This document shows positions 25,995 through 38,476 of a DNA stretch of 64,000 nt, piece by piece. Both the position numbers and the translations under genes were made by a program. Positions within the stretch are counted from its first letter, which is position 1; every line of letters begins with the position of its first letter. The notes beneath the pieces are model-generated. The model was given only the letters and a program-made list of their open reading frames with translations, was not told the origin of the DNA and did not search any database. The DNA is from Octopus sinensis (lineage: Eukaryota): contig NC_043011.1 of assembly GCF_006345805.1 (NCBI RefSeq), forward strand, positions 35,972,464-36,036,463, written 5' to 3'.

Positions 25995-26081
25995 CATCAT
26001 TATTATTCAGGTCACTGCCTGGAATCGAACTCGGAATCTTGGGGTTAGTAGCCCGCACTCTTAACCACTACGCCATATGCC
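25773..26081 (-). mobile_element. SINE-like family D: tRNA head, (TAA)n, hammerhead motif, Penelope-type tail
   Basis: A box TGGCGTAGTGG, B box GAGTTCGATTCC; body matches the Penelope terminal arm 18300-18558. Confidence 0.88.
25850..25895 (-). ncRNA. Minimal type I hammerhead ribozyme motif (Penelope type)
   Basis: GACAC-CUGAUGA-A-GGCU(loop)AGCC-GAAAC-GUU-GUGUU: 5-bp stem I, 4-bp stem II, loopless palindromic ACGU stem III. Confidence 0.75.
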
Positions 26082-26486
26082 TACCTATCGTCCAGTGATT
26101 TCCTTCAATCTACCAACATGCAGCAGTTAAATATTAATTCTATCTGCATTAAAACGAACACTGCTTTCCATAATTTCTAGCCTACGAAAACTTATTATTA
26201 ACAAAACGTTAATGGGCACTGTCCCGCCTACTCAGACTAACAAACCCATATACAAAATGCACAAAATTGAGAATAACTCAAATTTGGCGATTTTATTAAT
26301 TACAAAATTGTTCGTTAACATTCAAAGTGGCAAAACTGGGTGTTGCAGCATGGATGTTAATCGCACATGTAAAATATAAGGGTAAGATGCGAAATGCGAA
26401 TCCCTAGGACTCTAGTGAGGACCTCCGTCAATAAATTTTGCAATCCAACAAATCATCTTGGATTATATGCTTAGTGTAAGGAGAGG

Positions 26487-26840
26487 CACGAAGAGGTATC
26501 GAAAACTTCCAGGACTAGTGCTGGAGCGCGCCAACAGATGGCAGCATATGGTTGCGTACGAATTGAGAGCAATCAGTGACCTTCATGAAGGAGTGTGCCG
26601 ACTGACATCGCTGTGTTTACTTCACAAGTTGTGAAATTTGCGTTTTTGTGATCCCGTGTATGTTGTTGTCTGCGTTATTTTTGCGTGAAACTTGAAAAAT
26701 CTGCTACAGAGACATTGAGCATGCTTCGACAAGCTTACGGCGACGAAGCAATGAGAAACACGCAGCAATGTTTCGAGTGGCACGAGCACTTCAAAAGCGG
26801 AAGAACCTCTCTGGAAGAGGAGGAGTTATCTGGAAAATTG
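26487..26840 (+). mobile_element. Mariner 5' fragment (different family from 14.6 and 56 kb)
   Basis: TIR-like ACGAAGAGGTATCGAAAACTTCCAGGAC; remnant CVKLEKSATETLSMLRQAYGDEAM..CFEWHEHFKSGRTSLE. Confidence 0.85.
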
Positions 26841-27122
26841 TAAAAAGAGGAGATTAAATTTTTTTGCAAGAATTGCTAAGCGGCATTTAGTAGACCGGTT
26901 CATACTATTGTCAGTATTTAAGAATAATAAATCCAGGGACGGTAATTGTATTAAGTTCTCATTTTCCAGCTTTGTTGGGAACGACAGTTAATCTTCCAGT
27001 TGGACACATTTTTATACCCGATATCAACTGCAGACGTCCTTTCCTCAAAATGCTTCCCTCATACACGATAATCGCCCACACGCGCGTTTCACATCATCCC
27101 TTTCTCTAACCATCCACCATAC

Positions 27123-27249
27123 ACTCATATTATGATGCCTTATTAATACAAATCACAAAGCATCAAACGTTTATTCCTCGCTATAACTCATATTATGATG
27201 CCTTATTAATACAAATCACAAAGCATCAAACGTTTATTCCTCGCTATAA
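27123..27249 (+). repeat. Perfect 63-bp tandem duplication
   Basis: ACTCATATTATG...CCTCGCTATA occurs twice. Confidence 0.92.
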
Positions 27250-27984
27250 CACACACATTCGCATACCACCTTGCTCATGCACCTAACTCCCTAATCACAC
27301 AAAGCTAACTAACTCTACCATGCGTAAGCGCTTCTTTTACAAAGTACTCCCTCGCTCGTCTCTGCTGGAAAATATTGATTCTACTGACTACTTGTTGGCT
27401 GCGACAGCATGTTTCATCTCTTGCCTGAAGTCTTTTCTTTACAATGCCTTTTGTTTCTCTACCTCTTTCTTTTGTCTTGCCAAAAGACAACAGTCCGAAA
27501 TGTCGACTCTTAGCGTAGTTACATTGATATTTGCACTCTTGCTCAATGTTTCTGTTTTTTGCTATTGTTTTTGCTCCCGTTTCCTTGGATATCAATTTTT
27601 TTCAGACGTATTCTTTCTTTGAATTCTCCACTCTTAGCTTCATTTTTACCTAGATTTAATTAATTAATAATAGTAATTTTATATATGGATGTGGTCAAAA
27701 TAAATATTTTAGATGTACAATGTCAATATCCATTTATCGTACAGTGATTATATCTCAGTATAGTAATAGCCAATATAAATGTCGGTCGGTTGGCTGATAT
27801 TTTCAGTTTCGCTGCACATCGCATGGAGAGGCGGGGAGAAAGAGTAAAAGAGAGAGACAGAGAGAGATAATATATTGGATGTTAAAATCGAGAAAGGTAC
27901 GCTGAAATTGACAAGCAGCCATAGTGGATAGTAAAAATGATAAAAAGTAAGTAATCGTCAAATACACGATATACTTACACACTC

Positions 27985-28039
<55 letters not shown>

Positions 28040-28384
28040 ACACACACACACAAACACATACATACACGCAATCTTCTGTTAATGACATATACAGTGTAAT
28101 ATAACCACAGTGTAAGAAGGATAAAGTTGACAAACAATTGGTAGTTACAAGTAAAGTAGCAGTAGGCTTATACAGTCATGTGTGTGTGTTTGCATGTCTG
28201 TGTGTGTGTGTAATGTCAATAGTGTCTGTTTACCTATGATGGCAAAGGTATACTTTTAAAGTTTCCCATCATGCAACCGGTAACTATCATGTATACATTC
28301 TAATATATTTCTAATTTATACAATGAGCGCAACTATTTGCGATTCGTATAACTACTAATCTCGAAACAATATACATACATCACT

Positions 28385-28703
28385 ATATGGTCCAGTGGTT
28401 AGGGCAGCGGACTCGCGGTCGTAGGATCGTAGTTTCGATTCCCAGACCGGGAAAACTCCACGAGCTCCGGCAGTATTCTTTCACCACAACTTTCTCTCAC
28501 TCTTTCTTCCTGTTTCTGTTGTACCTGTGTTTCGAAAGGGCCAGCCTTGTCACACTCTGTGTCACGCTGAATCTCCCCGAGAACTGCATAAAAGGTACAC
28601 GTGTCTGTGTAGTGCTCAACCACTTGCATCTTAATTTCACGACCAGGCTGTTCCGTTGATCGGATCAATTAGAATCCTCGTCGTCGTAACCGACAGAGTG
28701 CCA
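28385..28703 (+). mobile_element. SINE family C with internal deletions
   Basis: Head TGGTCCAGTGGTTAGGGCAGCGG; tail TCGTCGTAACCGAC. Confidence 0.88.
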
Positions 28704-29329
28704 CGACGATATATCTAAGATTGAGAACAAGGTGTTAGATAAGTATGGAACAATAATAAGATAAAGAGATGACACAGGAAAATAGCAATGTTCATGTCAT
28801 GAACTTTATTATCGTACAGCTGTTTCTGTCATAGGATATGCAGTGAACTCTTAGTTGAGTGCCTGGATAACGTCCTGCAGCTTGATCGGAGCCTCGGAGC
28901 CTCGAATATGTGTGCAATTTATAAGTGCAATTTATTTTGGAAAAACGAATCACGTTTTGGGAATATACAGGAAAGCATTACCAGTGAGACGGTCACGGTT
29001 AATGTATATGGGAAAAGTGTGTCGAAAAGGTAGTTAGATACATATGCATATATATATATATATTACGGATATGTACTCGCATAGCAAGTGATTTGATCTG
29101 AGATCGTGTGCTGAAACGAAAACAATTGCAGCATGGAAGGTGTTTGTAAGCCATTTAAGAAACACACAAAAGCCGTTCGATTCACTTAAACATTTAAGTT
29201 TAATTTGTCAAAATATTTTCGTCGCTATAATTAGTACTTATACTAATTATATATTATTTATCTATTATTTCGTACTTATTTAGTTCTAGGTAAATGTTTT
29301 ATCGTATCTATATGGTGTGATTTAAGTAT

Positions 29330-29393
29330 ATCATTGTTGAATTGCTACATCGTGATTCTTCTCCAATTTACATATATATATATATATATGTGT

Positions 29394-29434
<41 letters not shown>

Positions 29435-29690
29435 TGTGTGTATGTGCGTGTGCGTGTGTGTTTGAGTGGGAGCATATATTTATGTATGTGTGTGTGTATG
29501 TTTGTGTGTCTGTACTTGTCCTCCTAACATCGCTTGACAACCAATGTTGGTGTGTGGTGTGTTACGTCCCCATTACATAGCAGTTCGGTAAAAGAGACCG
29601 ATAGAATAAATTCTATGCTTACAAAGAATAAGTCCTGGGATCGACTTGTTCGACTAAAAGCGGTGCCCCAACATGGCCGTAATCATACAC
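29330..29690 (+). mobile_element. SINE family B, 3' part
   Basis: (TA)(TG) slot and tail. Confidence 0.75.
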
Positions 29691-29714
29691 ATACACACAT
29701 ATATATATATATTC

Positions 29715-29914
29715 CTTTATTCTTTTATTTGTTACAGTCATTTGACTACGACCATGCTGGAGAGCCGCCTTTAGTCGAACAAGTCGACCCCAGGACTTAT
29801 TCTATCTATCTTTTTTTACCGAACTTCTATGTTACGGGGATGTAAACACAACAACGTCGGTTGTCAAGCGATGGTGTGGGGATAAATACAGACAAACAAA
29901 CATACACACACACG

Positions 29915-29954
<40 letters not shown>

Positions 29955-30088
29955 ATATATACGGAGGGCTTCTTTAAAATTTCGTCTAGATCCACTCACA
30001 AGCCTTTTGGTCGGCCCGAGTCAATAGTAGAAGACACTTTTCCAAGGTTCCACGAAAGCTGCTTACCACACAGCCACTCCTGCGCCTA
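29715..30088 (-). mobile_element. SINE family B
   Basis: Tail-to-tail with the previous copy. Confidence 0.8.
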
Positions 30089-30103
30089 TATATATATATA
30101 TGC

Positions 30104-30159
<56 letters not shown>

Positions 30160-30161
<2 letters not shown>

Positions 30162-31425
30162 CACATGTGGGAAATTCTGTCTGTGGGTGTATTTGTGGGG
30201 TTGTTAGCTAACGCCTCCTACATCACTTTATCGATTTTGATGAAACATCACACGTGAGTAGAACTCATGTCTGGAAGCCCCGTGACATACTTAGATTGTT
30301 GAAACACTCGATAATAGGGCCCCTGGAAGGGATCCTTATATCTACTACATTTAACTAACATATTTCATTTAAACATCCAAGGGAAATAACCCATAGCACT
30401 TACACTTACTATTGTCAGTATTTAGCGAAGCGATCAATATTTGATTCTCACGATCAGTGGACCTAATTTTGCATTTTACTACTCACTGTTTTGAACTGTT
30501 AAACCTTATTATTGTACTTTCTTGATTTGAATCTAAAACCTTAAAGACTCCATTCATACATTTATATTCATACATACATTTTGGCGCTTATATATACTAC
30601 ATTTATATATTAGCTCTAATAAATTAGCCGTGATAAAGTTAGCCTTTAATATGCCACGATTAATAAGAATACGAGTGAGTACTTCTACTTAACAAGCAGC
30701 TCCAATGAAACAACGACGATCTCAAGTAAATCTCCGATTCATTATGTTTCATATTTACTAAATCAAACAATTATTCTTTGTCTATTCTACTTTAGAATCT
30801 AAATAGTTGCTGTAATTAATTTAGAAATTGCATTAATAGACATTTTTTCAACATCTTCAAATAACTAAATGCTGGCAATGCATGCAGCGCTTTTAATTAA
30901 ATTTGATTACACACAATTCCGCATTTTCCAGTTCAACTTTTTCGATGATAGTAGATAAATGTTTGATTACAGAACGTATTTAATAAGCGTGTCCCAATCT
31001 TGCTTTTTCTCATGGACAGCTCTATGATGGATGCTTTAGAGCTGGAAATCCGGAAAATTTATTCATCTATGCATCCAACGACTAAGCCAAAATCATTGTA
31101 TATCACGAAGCCCTGCAAGACTGAAATTTCGGAACAAAGATGTCTCTGCCTCCGACAACCTCACTCACCAACCTCCGCAACCTCTCTCGCCAACCTCCGG
31201 CAACCTCTCTCGCCATCCTTCAAAATCTTCTCTAGACAGCCTCCAAGAATCTCTCCCGACAACTTCTCACAATCTTTCTCGCCAACCTCCGACAACTTCC
31301 TCCAGCTGACGGGTTTTTGTACTTTTTCGCGACGGAAAATACACCTTTTATGGCAGTTATAACGAAATTGCTTTTTTAAATCAGAGTAATAATGCGTTTA
31401 CCTACTGGGAATTACCGGGTATACA
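30160..31425 (+). mobile_element. Possible decayed Helitron-like element with internal CAACCTC minisatellite (31150-31310)
   Basis: 5' region CTCCTACATCAC..CGATTTTGATGAAA resembles non-autonomous Helitron 5' ends; 3' CCGGGTATACAACCCAGT is a degenerate hairpin/CTAG end. Confidence 0.35.
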
Positions 31426-31431
31426 ACCCAG

Positions 31432-31475
<44 letters not shown>

Positions 31476-31675
31476 TATATATTATATATATATATTATGT
31501 GAAATAGAAAGATGAATAATCTTGTAGTAGATTAATCAAAAGTTTAACCGATACCTTAGTAGCAAAAATCACAGCAGTAAATTTGTGCCTTTCGAAACAC
31601 GTGTAGAATGAAATAAAACGATTTCTGTTCAATCTGCGTTCAGCTCCATTTCTTCAATTCACCAATAATGTTTAT

Positions 31676-31684
31676 ATATATATA

Positions 31685-31730
<46 letters not shown>

Positions 31731-31741
31731 TATATAAATAA

Positions 31742-31824
<83 letters not shown>
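31676..31824. repeat. (TA)n microsatellite
   Basis: Direct reading. Confidence 0.95.
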
Positions 31825-31825
<1 letters not shown>

Positions 31826-33065
31826 TGAAGGCGGTGCCCTAGCATGACCGCAGTCCGACGACTTACAAAAAGAAAAGTTGCATTCCATCCTAAAATACCT
31901 ATCTCTATACAAATTACATGTCTGTGCATCCATAATATATATTTTATTGTCCATCACAATATCTATTTACCGTACAATGGATATATATGTTTAACTTATA
32001 GTGATAAATGATATCCATTTCTTTATACTTTCACTATTTGTTTATGTTTGTACATTGATAATATACATTTATCGTACACTTATATCTGTTTATGTCTGTA
32101 CAGTGATTATATACATATTTATTGTATGAGCAATGTCTGTTACTCGTTGAGATTTGTTTTTATTTCTCACATTGAAAATAACTATCGTACATTAACTATA
32201 CCTACTTATGTCTGCACAACAACCGCACCACACACACACACACATTGCATATAGTGACTATTTATGTCTGTAGAGTAATTGTATCGTTCAGTCTATCCAA
32301 TAATGTTTGGTCTTAGGAAAATGACTTAAAAGAAAGAAAAAGCAAAGTGAAAACAGAGAAAATAAACTGACACTTGGATAATGAAATGGAGGAACGAACA
32401 AAAGAAAGAGAGAATGAACAAAAGAAAATCTATTAAAATCATGTTTGGAATCTGTTCAATAGCTACTCATCAGAAGAAATCAGAAACAAGTAGGCCCGGC
32501 GTTTGTCTGCAACTGAGGAAAGACTAACAAGCTTACAAGAGAAGAATGAAAAAAAAATTACGAAAACGATCCAGTTTTGTAATCTTCAAGCAGTTGTTTA
32601 TCTGTATCGATAATCTCAGTGTCTCTCAGACAACTAAATAAATAAACGAATAAATCGATAGCTAAAATAAACTTGGCTAAAACTTTGAACTCGCTGAAAA
32701 TATCTATGAATCAGAAATTAATCAGTTTAGTATTTAATTTTGGAGAAAGCGGCAAAAAACACCCCTGAACAACTTTCTGATTGGAGGATTTAATTTAGAT
32801 ATATAGTGTTTAGTTGAAAGTTAATTTGACAGATCGGTGTCAGATCTGTAGTGAAATAAACCCCATGAGAGATCGAGTATAATAGATCCAATTAAATATC
32901 CTGCTGTTATCAAGTCAATATTGAGATATGGATAGTGTATTTCTGCATTTCAAACCTTTCTGCTTGAAACCTATCCATGTCAGTTACTCCACTGCTCTCA
33001 AGGGAGAATAATAACTTACGAGGAAGAGATTTGTGATTTCGATACGTGATGGTATGATGGTTATT

Positions 33066-33096
<31 letters not shown>

Positions 33097-33169
33097 ACAA
33101 CAACTACAAATGTGAGAGCATCTGACTAAATGATACACGATATCTGTACCAACTCTTTATGTTCAGAGT

Positions 33170-33480
33170 TTAAATCTCATCGAAGTCACCTTTACATTTC
33201 ATTCCTACGTAGTTGATACGATAAAATACCATCAACTAGTTGGATCGATATAATCCCCTAAACCCAGTTCCCCATAATTTTGGGCTTTGAGCTTATATTA
33301 ATATCAGTTAAGAGAATGGTACAGGGGCAGAATCTTTAGAGCATCGGAAAAAGCTTTTTGCTGAATTTGTTCTGGCGTTTTACACTCTGATTTCAAATAC
33401 TGCCGAGGTCATTCTTGCCTTACATTGTTTCGCGTCGATAAAATAATTACCAGTCAAGTACTAGGGTGCACAGTATTGAT
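33170..33480 (+). mobile_element. Two adjacent degenerate family A SINEs
   Basis: CAGAGTTTAAATC and GATTTCAAATAC B-box remnants, TCGATAAAATAA..CCAG body. Confidence 0.55.
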
Positions 33481-33894
33481 TAATGTCCGAGTTTCAGAGC
33501 CAATTCACAAGAATTTTCCCCTCCTCAGCGATAAATACGTAAGACATAAATGAAACACTTACTCACACTCACGGAGAAAGCAAGCACCAAGTCCTGAGCA
33601 GACCCAAGTATCCCAAATACATCCAAAACAGAAAATCCTCAGCACATCTCGAGACACGTGTGATTCGAACTAGAAACTTTCACAGAATGAGAGAGTCCGG
33701 AAGCGAACACTTCTTTCGGCTTGTTTCGAGACAGATAAATTATAATGGTTATTGACAATTTTGTCTATCTTCGGCACATTTGTCATTAGAATTTTTCTTT
33801 TGCCCTTATTTTAATATATATTATATATATATATATATATATAATATATATTATATATATATATATATATTATATATATATATATTATATTATA

Positions 33895-34108
33895 TACTCT
33901 TTTAATTGGTTCAGTCATTTGACTGCGGCCATGCTGAAGCACCGCCTTTAGTCGAGCAAATCGACCCCAAGACTTATTTTTTGTAAGCCTACTACTTATT
34001 CTATCGTTCTCTTTTGTCAAACCGCTAAGTTACAGGGATGTAAACACACCAGCATCTGTTGTCAAGCGATGTTGGGGGACAAACACAGACACAAATATAT
34101 AAACACAC

Positions 34109-34164
<56 letters not shown>

Positions 34165-34325
34165 GACAGGCGTCTTTCAGTTTTCGTCTACCAAATCCAC
34201 TCACAGGCTTTGGTCGGCGCGAGGTTATAGTAGAAGACATTTGCCCAAGTTCCACGCAGTGGGACTGAATCCGTAGCCATGTAGTTGGTAAGCAAGCAAC
34301 TTAACATACAGCCACTCCTGCGACT
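33895..34325 (-). mobile_element. SINE family B
   Basis: Full match; internal (TA)n. Confidence 0.88.
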
Positions 34326-34349
34326 ATATATATATATTATATATATTAT

Positions 34350-34385
<36 letters not shown>

Positions 34386-34491
34386 CTATATATGTATAAT
34401 ATACGTATATATAATATGCATAATATATATATACATATATATATTATATATGTATTATATATATATATTGCATATATAATCAATATATATA

Positions 34492-34529
<38 letters not shown>

Positions 34530-34641
34530 TATATATATAATATATATATAATATAATATATATATATAAAATATATATATATATAATATATATATAATAT
34601 AATATATATATATATAATATTATATATATATATATATATAT

Positions 34642-34703
<62 letters not shown>

Positions 34704-34745
34704 GTAAAAGAGTATATATATAATATATATATAATGTATATATAA
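34326..34745. repeat. Long degenerate (TA)n tract
   Basis: Direct reading. Confidence 0.95.
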
Positions 34746-34747
34746 TT

Positions 34748-35215
34748 GGTTCAGGAGTGGAAGTGTGGTATTTAGCTTGCTTACAAACCACATGGTCCCA
34801 GGTTCTGTCCCACTGCGTGGCACCTTGGGCAAGTGTCTTCTACTTTAGCCTCCGGCCGTATAAAGCCTTGTGAGAGGATTTGGTTGACGTAAACTGTAGG
34901 GAGCTCGTCGTGTATATATTTATATATATATATATGTATGATATATATATATATTATATATATATATATGTGTGTGTGTGTGGGTGTGTGTGTGTGGTGT
35001 GTGTGTGTGTGTGTGTATATGTTTGTGTGTCTGTGTTTGTCCTTCCAACATCGCTTGACTACCGATTCTGGTGTGTTTACATCTCCGTAAATTAGCAATT
35101 CGGCAAAAGGAGATAGAATAAGTACTAGGCTTGCAAACAGTAAATGGGTTCGATTTGTTCGACTAAAGGCGGTGCTCCAGCATGGCCGAACTCAAATGAT
35201 TGAAACGAGTAAAAC
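34748..35215 (+). mobile_element. SINE family B
   Basis: CACCTTGGGCAAGTGTCTTC core-like motif; head-to-head with 33895-34325. Confidence 0.88.
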
Positions 35216-35225
35216 AATATATATA

Positions 35226-35274
<49 letters not shown>

Positions 35275-35285
35275 ATGTATGTATG

Positions 35286-35336
<51 letters not shown>

Positions 35337-35570
35337 TTCCTCCTCATCCACCTCACCCTCTTGTGCTTTCTTGTTCCTACCCACCACTACGAAACTCTAT
35401 AAAATGATTAAAATTCCCCACAAAGGAATTATTTTGATTTGAAAACCCCACTAGAATGGGAGAAAGCGCTAATGATCTCAGTGATATGATATATATGTAA
35501 AAAATGTAATATATAAATAAATATCTGTAAATATAAACCATCCGATCTTCTGATTACCTCATTTCTTCTA

Positions 35571-35661
<91 letters not shown>

Positions 35662-36493
35662 ATAATAAAATATATTGTTTACTGCTTTCGAAATCACCCT
35701 GGCTTCTGTTACGCAATTCAGTTTAGTAACTTTTGTGACTGCCTTTGTTGTGATGTTATCCATTCAATATGGCCTCTCAATTGAGATAGCTGATTCTGAG
35801 CGCTTGCAAATCGTCGTTTTCATATTTCTACTCTCAAAAACAAACAAGCAAGCGAACAAACATTCTTTTGTAACACTGTGGGGTATAACTATAGCACTGA
35901 AGAAAAGCATGTTGGGGTGGTTAACAAATATAATTGTTATCAAACTGGAGCAACTGACTCCCACGACATAACAATCTTCAGTGACAATATATTCAGGGTT
36001 GGTAAATAAAAGAAAATGTCGGTAATGTCCCGCAGTCGTTTTAACTGCATATACTTCAGTTCATAACAATAGCAATCCTGCGAATCTTTGAAAGAAATCA
36101 ATATCTCACACTTTAGACGTAATTATTTCATAAATATCACGCCACAACGCAGCACCATTACTCCATCAAAGGACTTTCACACCAACATTGAGCTAATATG
36201 TTGTATAGCATTTTAGTGAAATCTCGGCACATTTTAAATTTAACAGCAGTACCTGTTGTATGCGGAGAAGTCTTGATGTAAACTGTTAAGATCGATATTA
36301 GGCGAGGGAAGGAGAAGAAGCGGGAATAAACCATTATTTGCAATGCAAATCTGCATTTAACTAATAATCAATATAATTCATGTGTTCACTCTCTAAAACA
36401 TCTACGCGGGTAGAGAAAATAATGAAAGAGGAATTAAAAATAAAAAGGAAAGACATGGGAAGCGTAGTGTGTGTGTGTGTGTGTGTGTGTAGG

Positions 36494-36532
<39 letters not shown>

Positions 36533-36725
36533 AAGAGAGAGAGGAGAAAAAGATTCAGAAAGTAAATTGTAACTCAGTAAGAAAAATAAATAAGAGCAGA
36601 GATGAAACGAAAATGCATACGCATGTGATATATAGGCGCACGCACATACATAATTTGATAACGACACATGCATACACACACAGAAATATAATAATGTAAT
36701 ACAACATTCAGAAACACACACACAC

Positions 36726-36767
<42 letters not shown>

Positions 36768-38018
36768 TATTTATATAAATATGTATATCTGTGTGTTTTG
36801 TGTGTATGTAAAGGTTTTTTATGTGTGTATTATTGAACTCTGTCAGAACGAACATTTGTTTTTCTTTATTCACGGTATACAACAAAAATGTTCTATATAA
36901 ATAACTAGAAAAAAATAAGTTCCAAGTCATCTCGAAAAGGAGGGACTATATTGTGAAATCACCGTGTGAAAGTATTTTAATAGGAAATAAACATTTCTTT
37001 TATACACACTGTTTCAAACGTACAGATTACAACCATCACAACATTTTAATTATGATATCTATAATTTGAAATACGCCATCAAAAACTGGAAAGAATAGAA
37101 GAGAAGTGAAAGAGAAAAAGAAAAGCATTTATAATCTTGAAATATATGTGTGATAACGAACAGAAGCCAGCTTCGGGCTTCTCTTTGTTTTCTCTTGTAA
37201 ATATGCGTAAGAAAATCGAACACACTTGATGTGGAACCAACAGCGATTTTCATTCTGTTAGCTCGAGGATACGTTTGTAAGATTCGTTCTAACTGTTGCT
37301 GGTATAATAAAAGAAGAGAAGCGAAGACAAAATAAAAACAGATAGAGACGAAATATGAAATGAAAACTGGCTTTGGTTTTTATAACATACTGGTGTATAA
37401 TATATTGTGTTAAACTTTAGCAATTATTAAATATATTGGATTGCATGTGTGGTGAAGTGAAGAAAACTGTCTGTAGAAATGAAATTTGTATGAATGTTAT
37501 ATGAAGTGAATGTTATTAGTGAATAAAACTAGAAGCGGTTTACAGACTTGGTTACATCAAAGGTTTCGTTTCACTTGTCGCACTAAGAGTGCCGCAGCCT
37601 AGATGTTGAAATAATTGACAGTTTTTGCTTTTCAGATTCTACAAATTTTCTTCTAAATGGTAAACTTCAAACAAATTCCCAGCTAAAGTTAGTGTAGTTG
37701 TTATTACAATGAATCGTCGTTATTATTCTAATATCAATGTTTATTATACGATTACACAAAACCAAAGTAATCCTAATAAATCCTTAAACGGCTGAAACGA
37801 TAAATTGGGTAGAGACCATAGATTTATACCCTACAACCATAACCAATGAAGCAGTGGAGTTTTTGAGGAATTCTTCACAAAAGATAGTTAACTACTGATG
37901 TATTTGCAATATCAACATAACAAAAGTTCCAGATTATTCATTGATGTTATATATCTGCTTTCTACATTGAATATATTAAACCGACTAGACAATCGGATGT
38001 TATAACATACTGTTGGTT

Positions 38019-38250
38019 AGGGCGGCGAGCTGGTAGAGTCGTTAGCACGCCAAGCGAAATGCTTTGCAGTATTTCGTCTGGCGTTACGCTCAGAGTTCAA
38101 ATTCCGCTGAGGTCGACTTTGCCTTTCATCTTTTCGGGGTCGATAAATTAAGTACCACTTACGCACTGGGAGTTGATGTAATTGACTTAATCCCTTTGTC
38201 TGTCCTTATTTGTCCCCTCTATGTTTAGCCCCCTGTGGGCAAGAAAAATA
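38019..38250 (+). mobile_element. SINE family A, full length
   Basis: GGCGGCGAGCTGGTAGAGTCG head, GAGTTCAAATTCC B box. Confidence 0.9.
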
Positions 38251-38269
38251 TATATACACTGCTGGTCAC

Positions 38270-38476
38270 AATGCTCATACTCGCATTGTTGTAGCTTTTG
38301 AATGATGCCACCCACTCCGAATTGGAAGCCAGTTCGTCGCGGGGTTACCCATTCACAGCTGAGTGAACTGGAGTGACACGAAAAGAAGTCTTTGGCTCAA
38401 GAATACAACATGCTGCCAGTCTAGGCTTGAAACAATGGTCTTGCAATCATTAGTGCGACAACCCTAATCACTTTGC
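38270..38476 (-). mobile_element. Old tRNA-derived SINE with V-domain-like motif
   Basis: Sense GTATTCTTGAGCCAAAGAC..GAATGGGTAACCCCGCGACGAACTGGC; similar to 39295-39510. Confidence 0.5.

Noticed and set aside
25990-26081. tRNA-like sequences as real tRNA genes (also 18296-18375 and 61255-61330)
   Set aside because: Acceptor and T stems do not close and they continue into SINE bodies
27305-27622. Overlapping 96-aa and 100-aa ORFs and a coiled-coil-like third frame
   Set aside because: No recognisable family or splice signals; purine/pyrimidine skew can explain the open frames
36158-36240. LYNILAQCWCESP resembling a tyrosine-kinase subdomain XI
   Set aside because: Short isolated match lying beyond a putative donor; no other kinase motifs found
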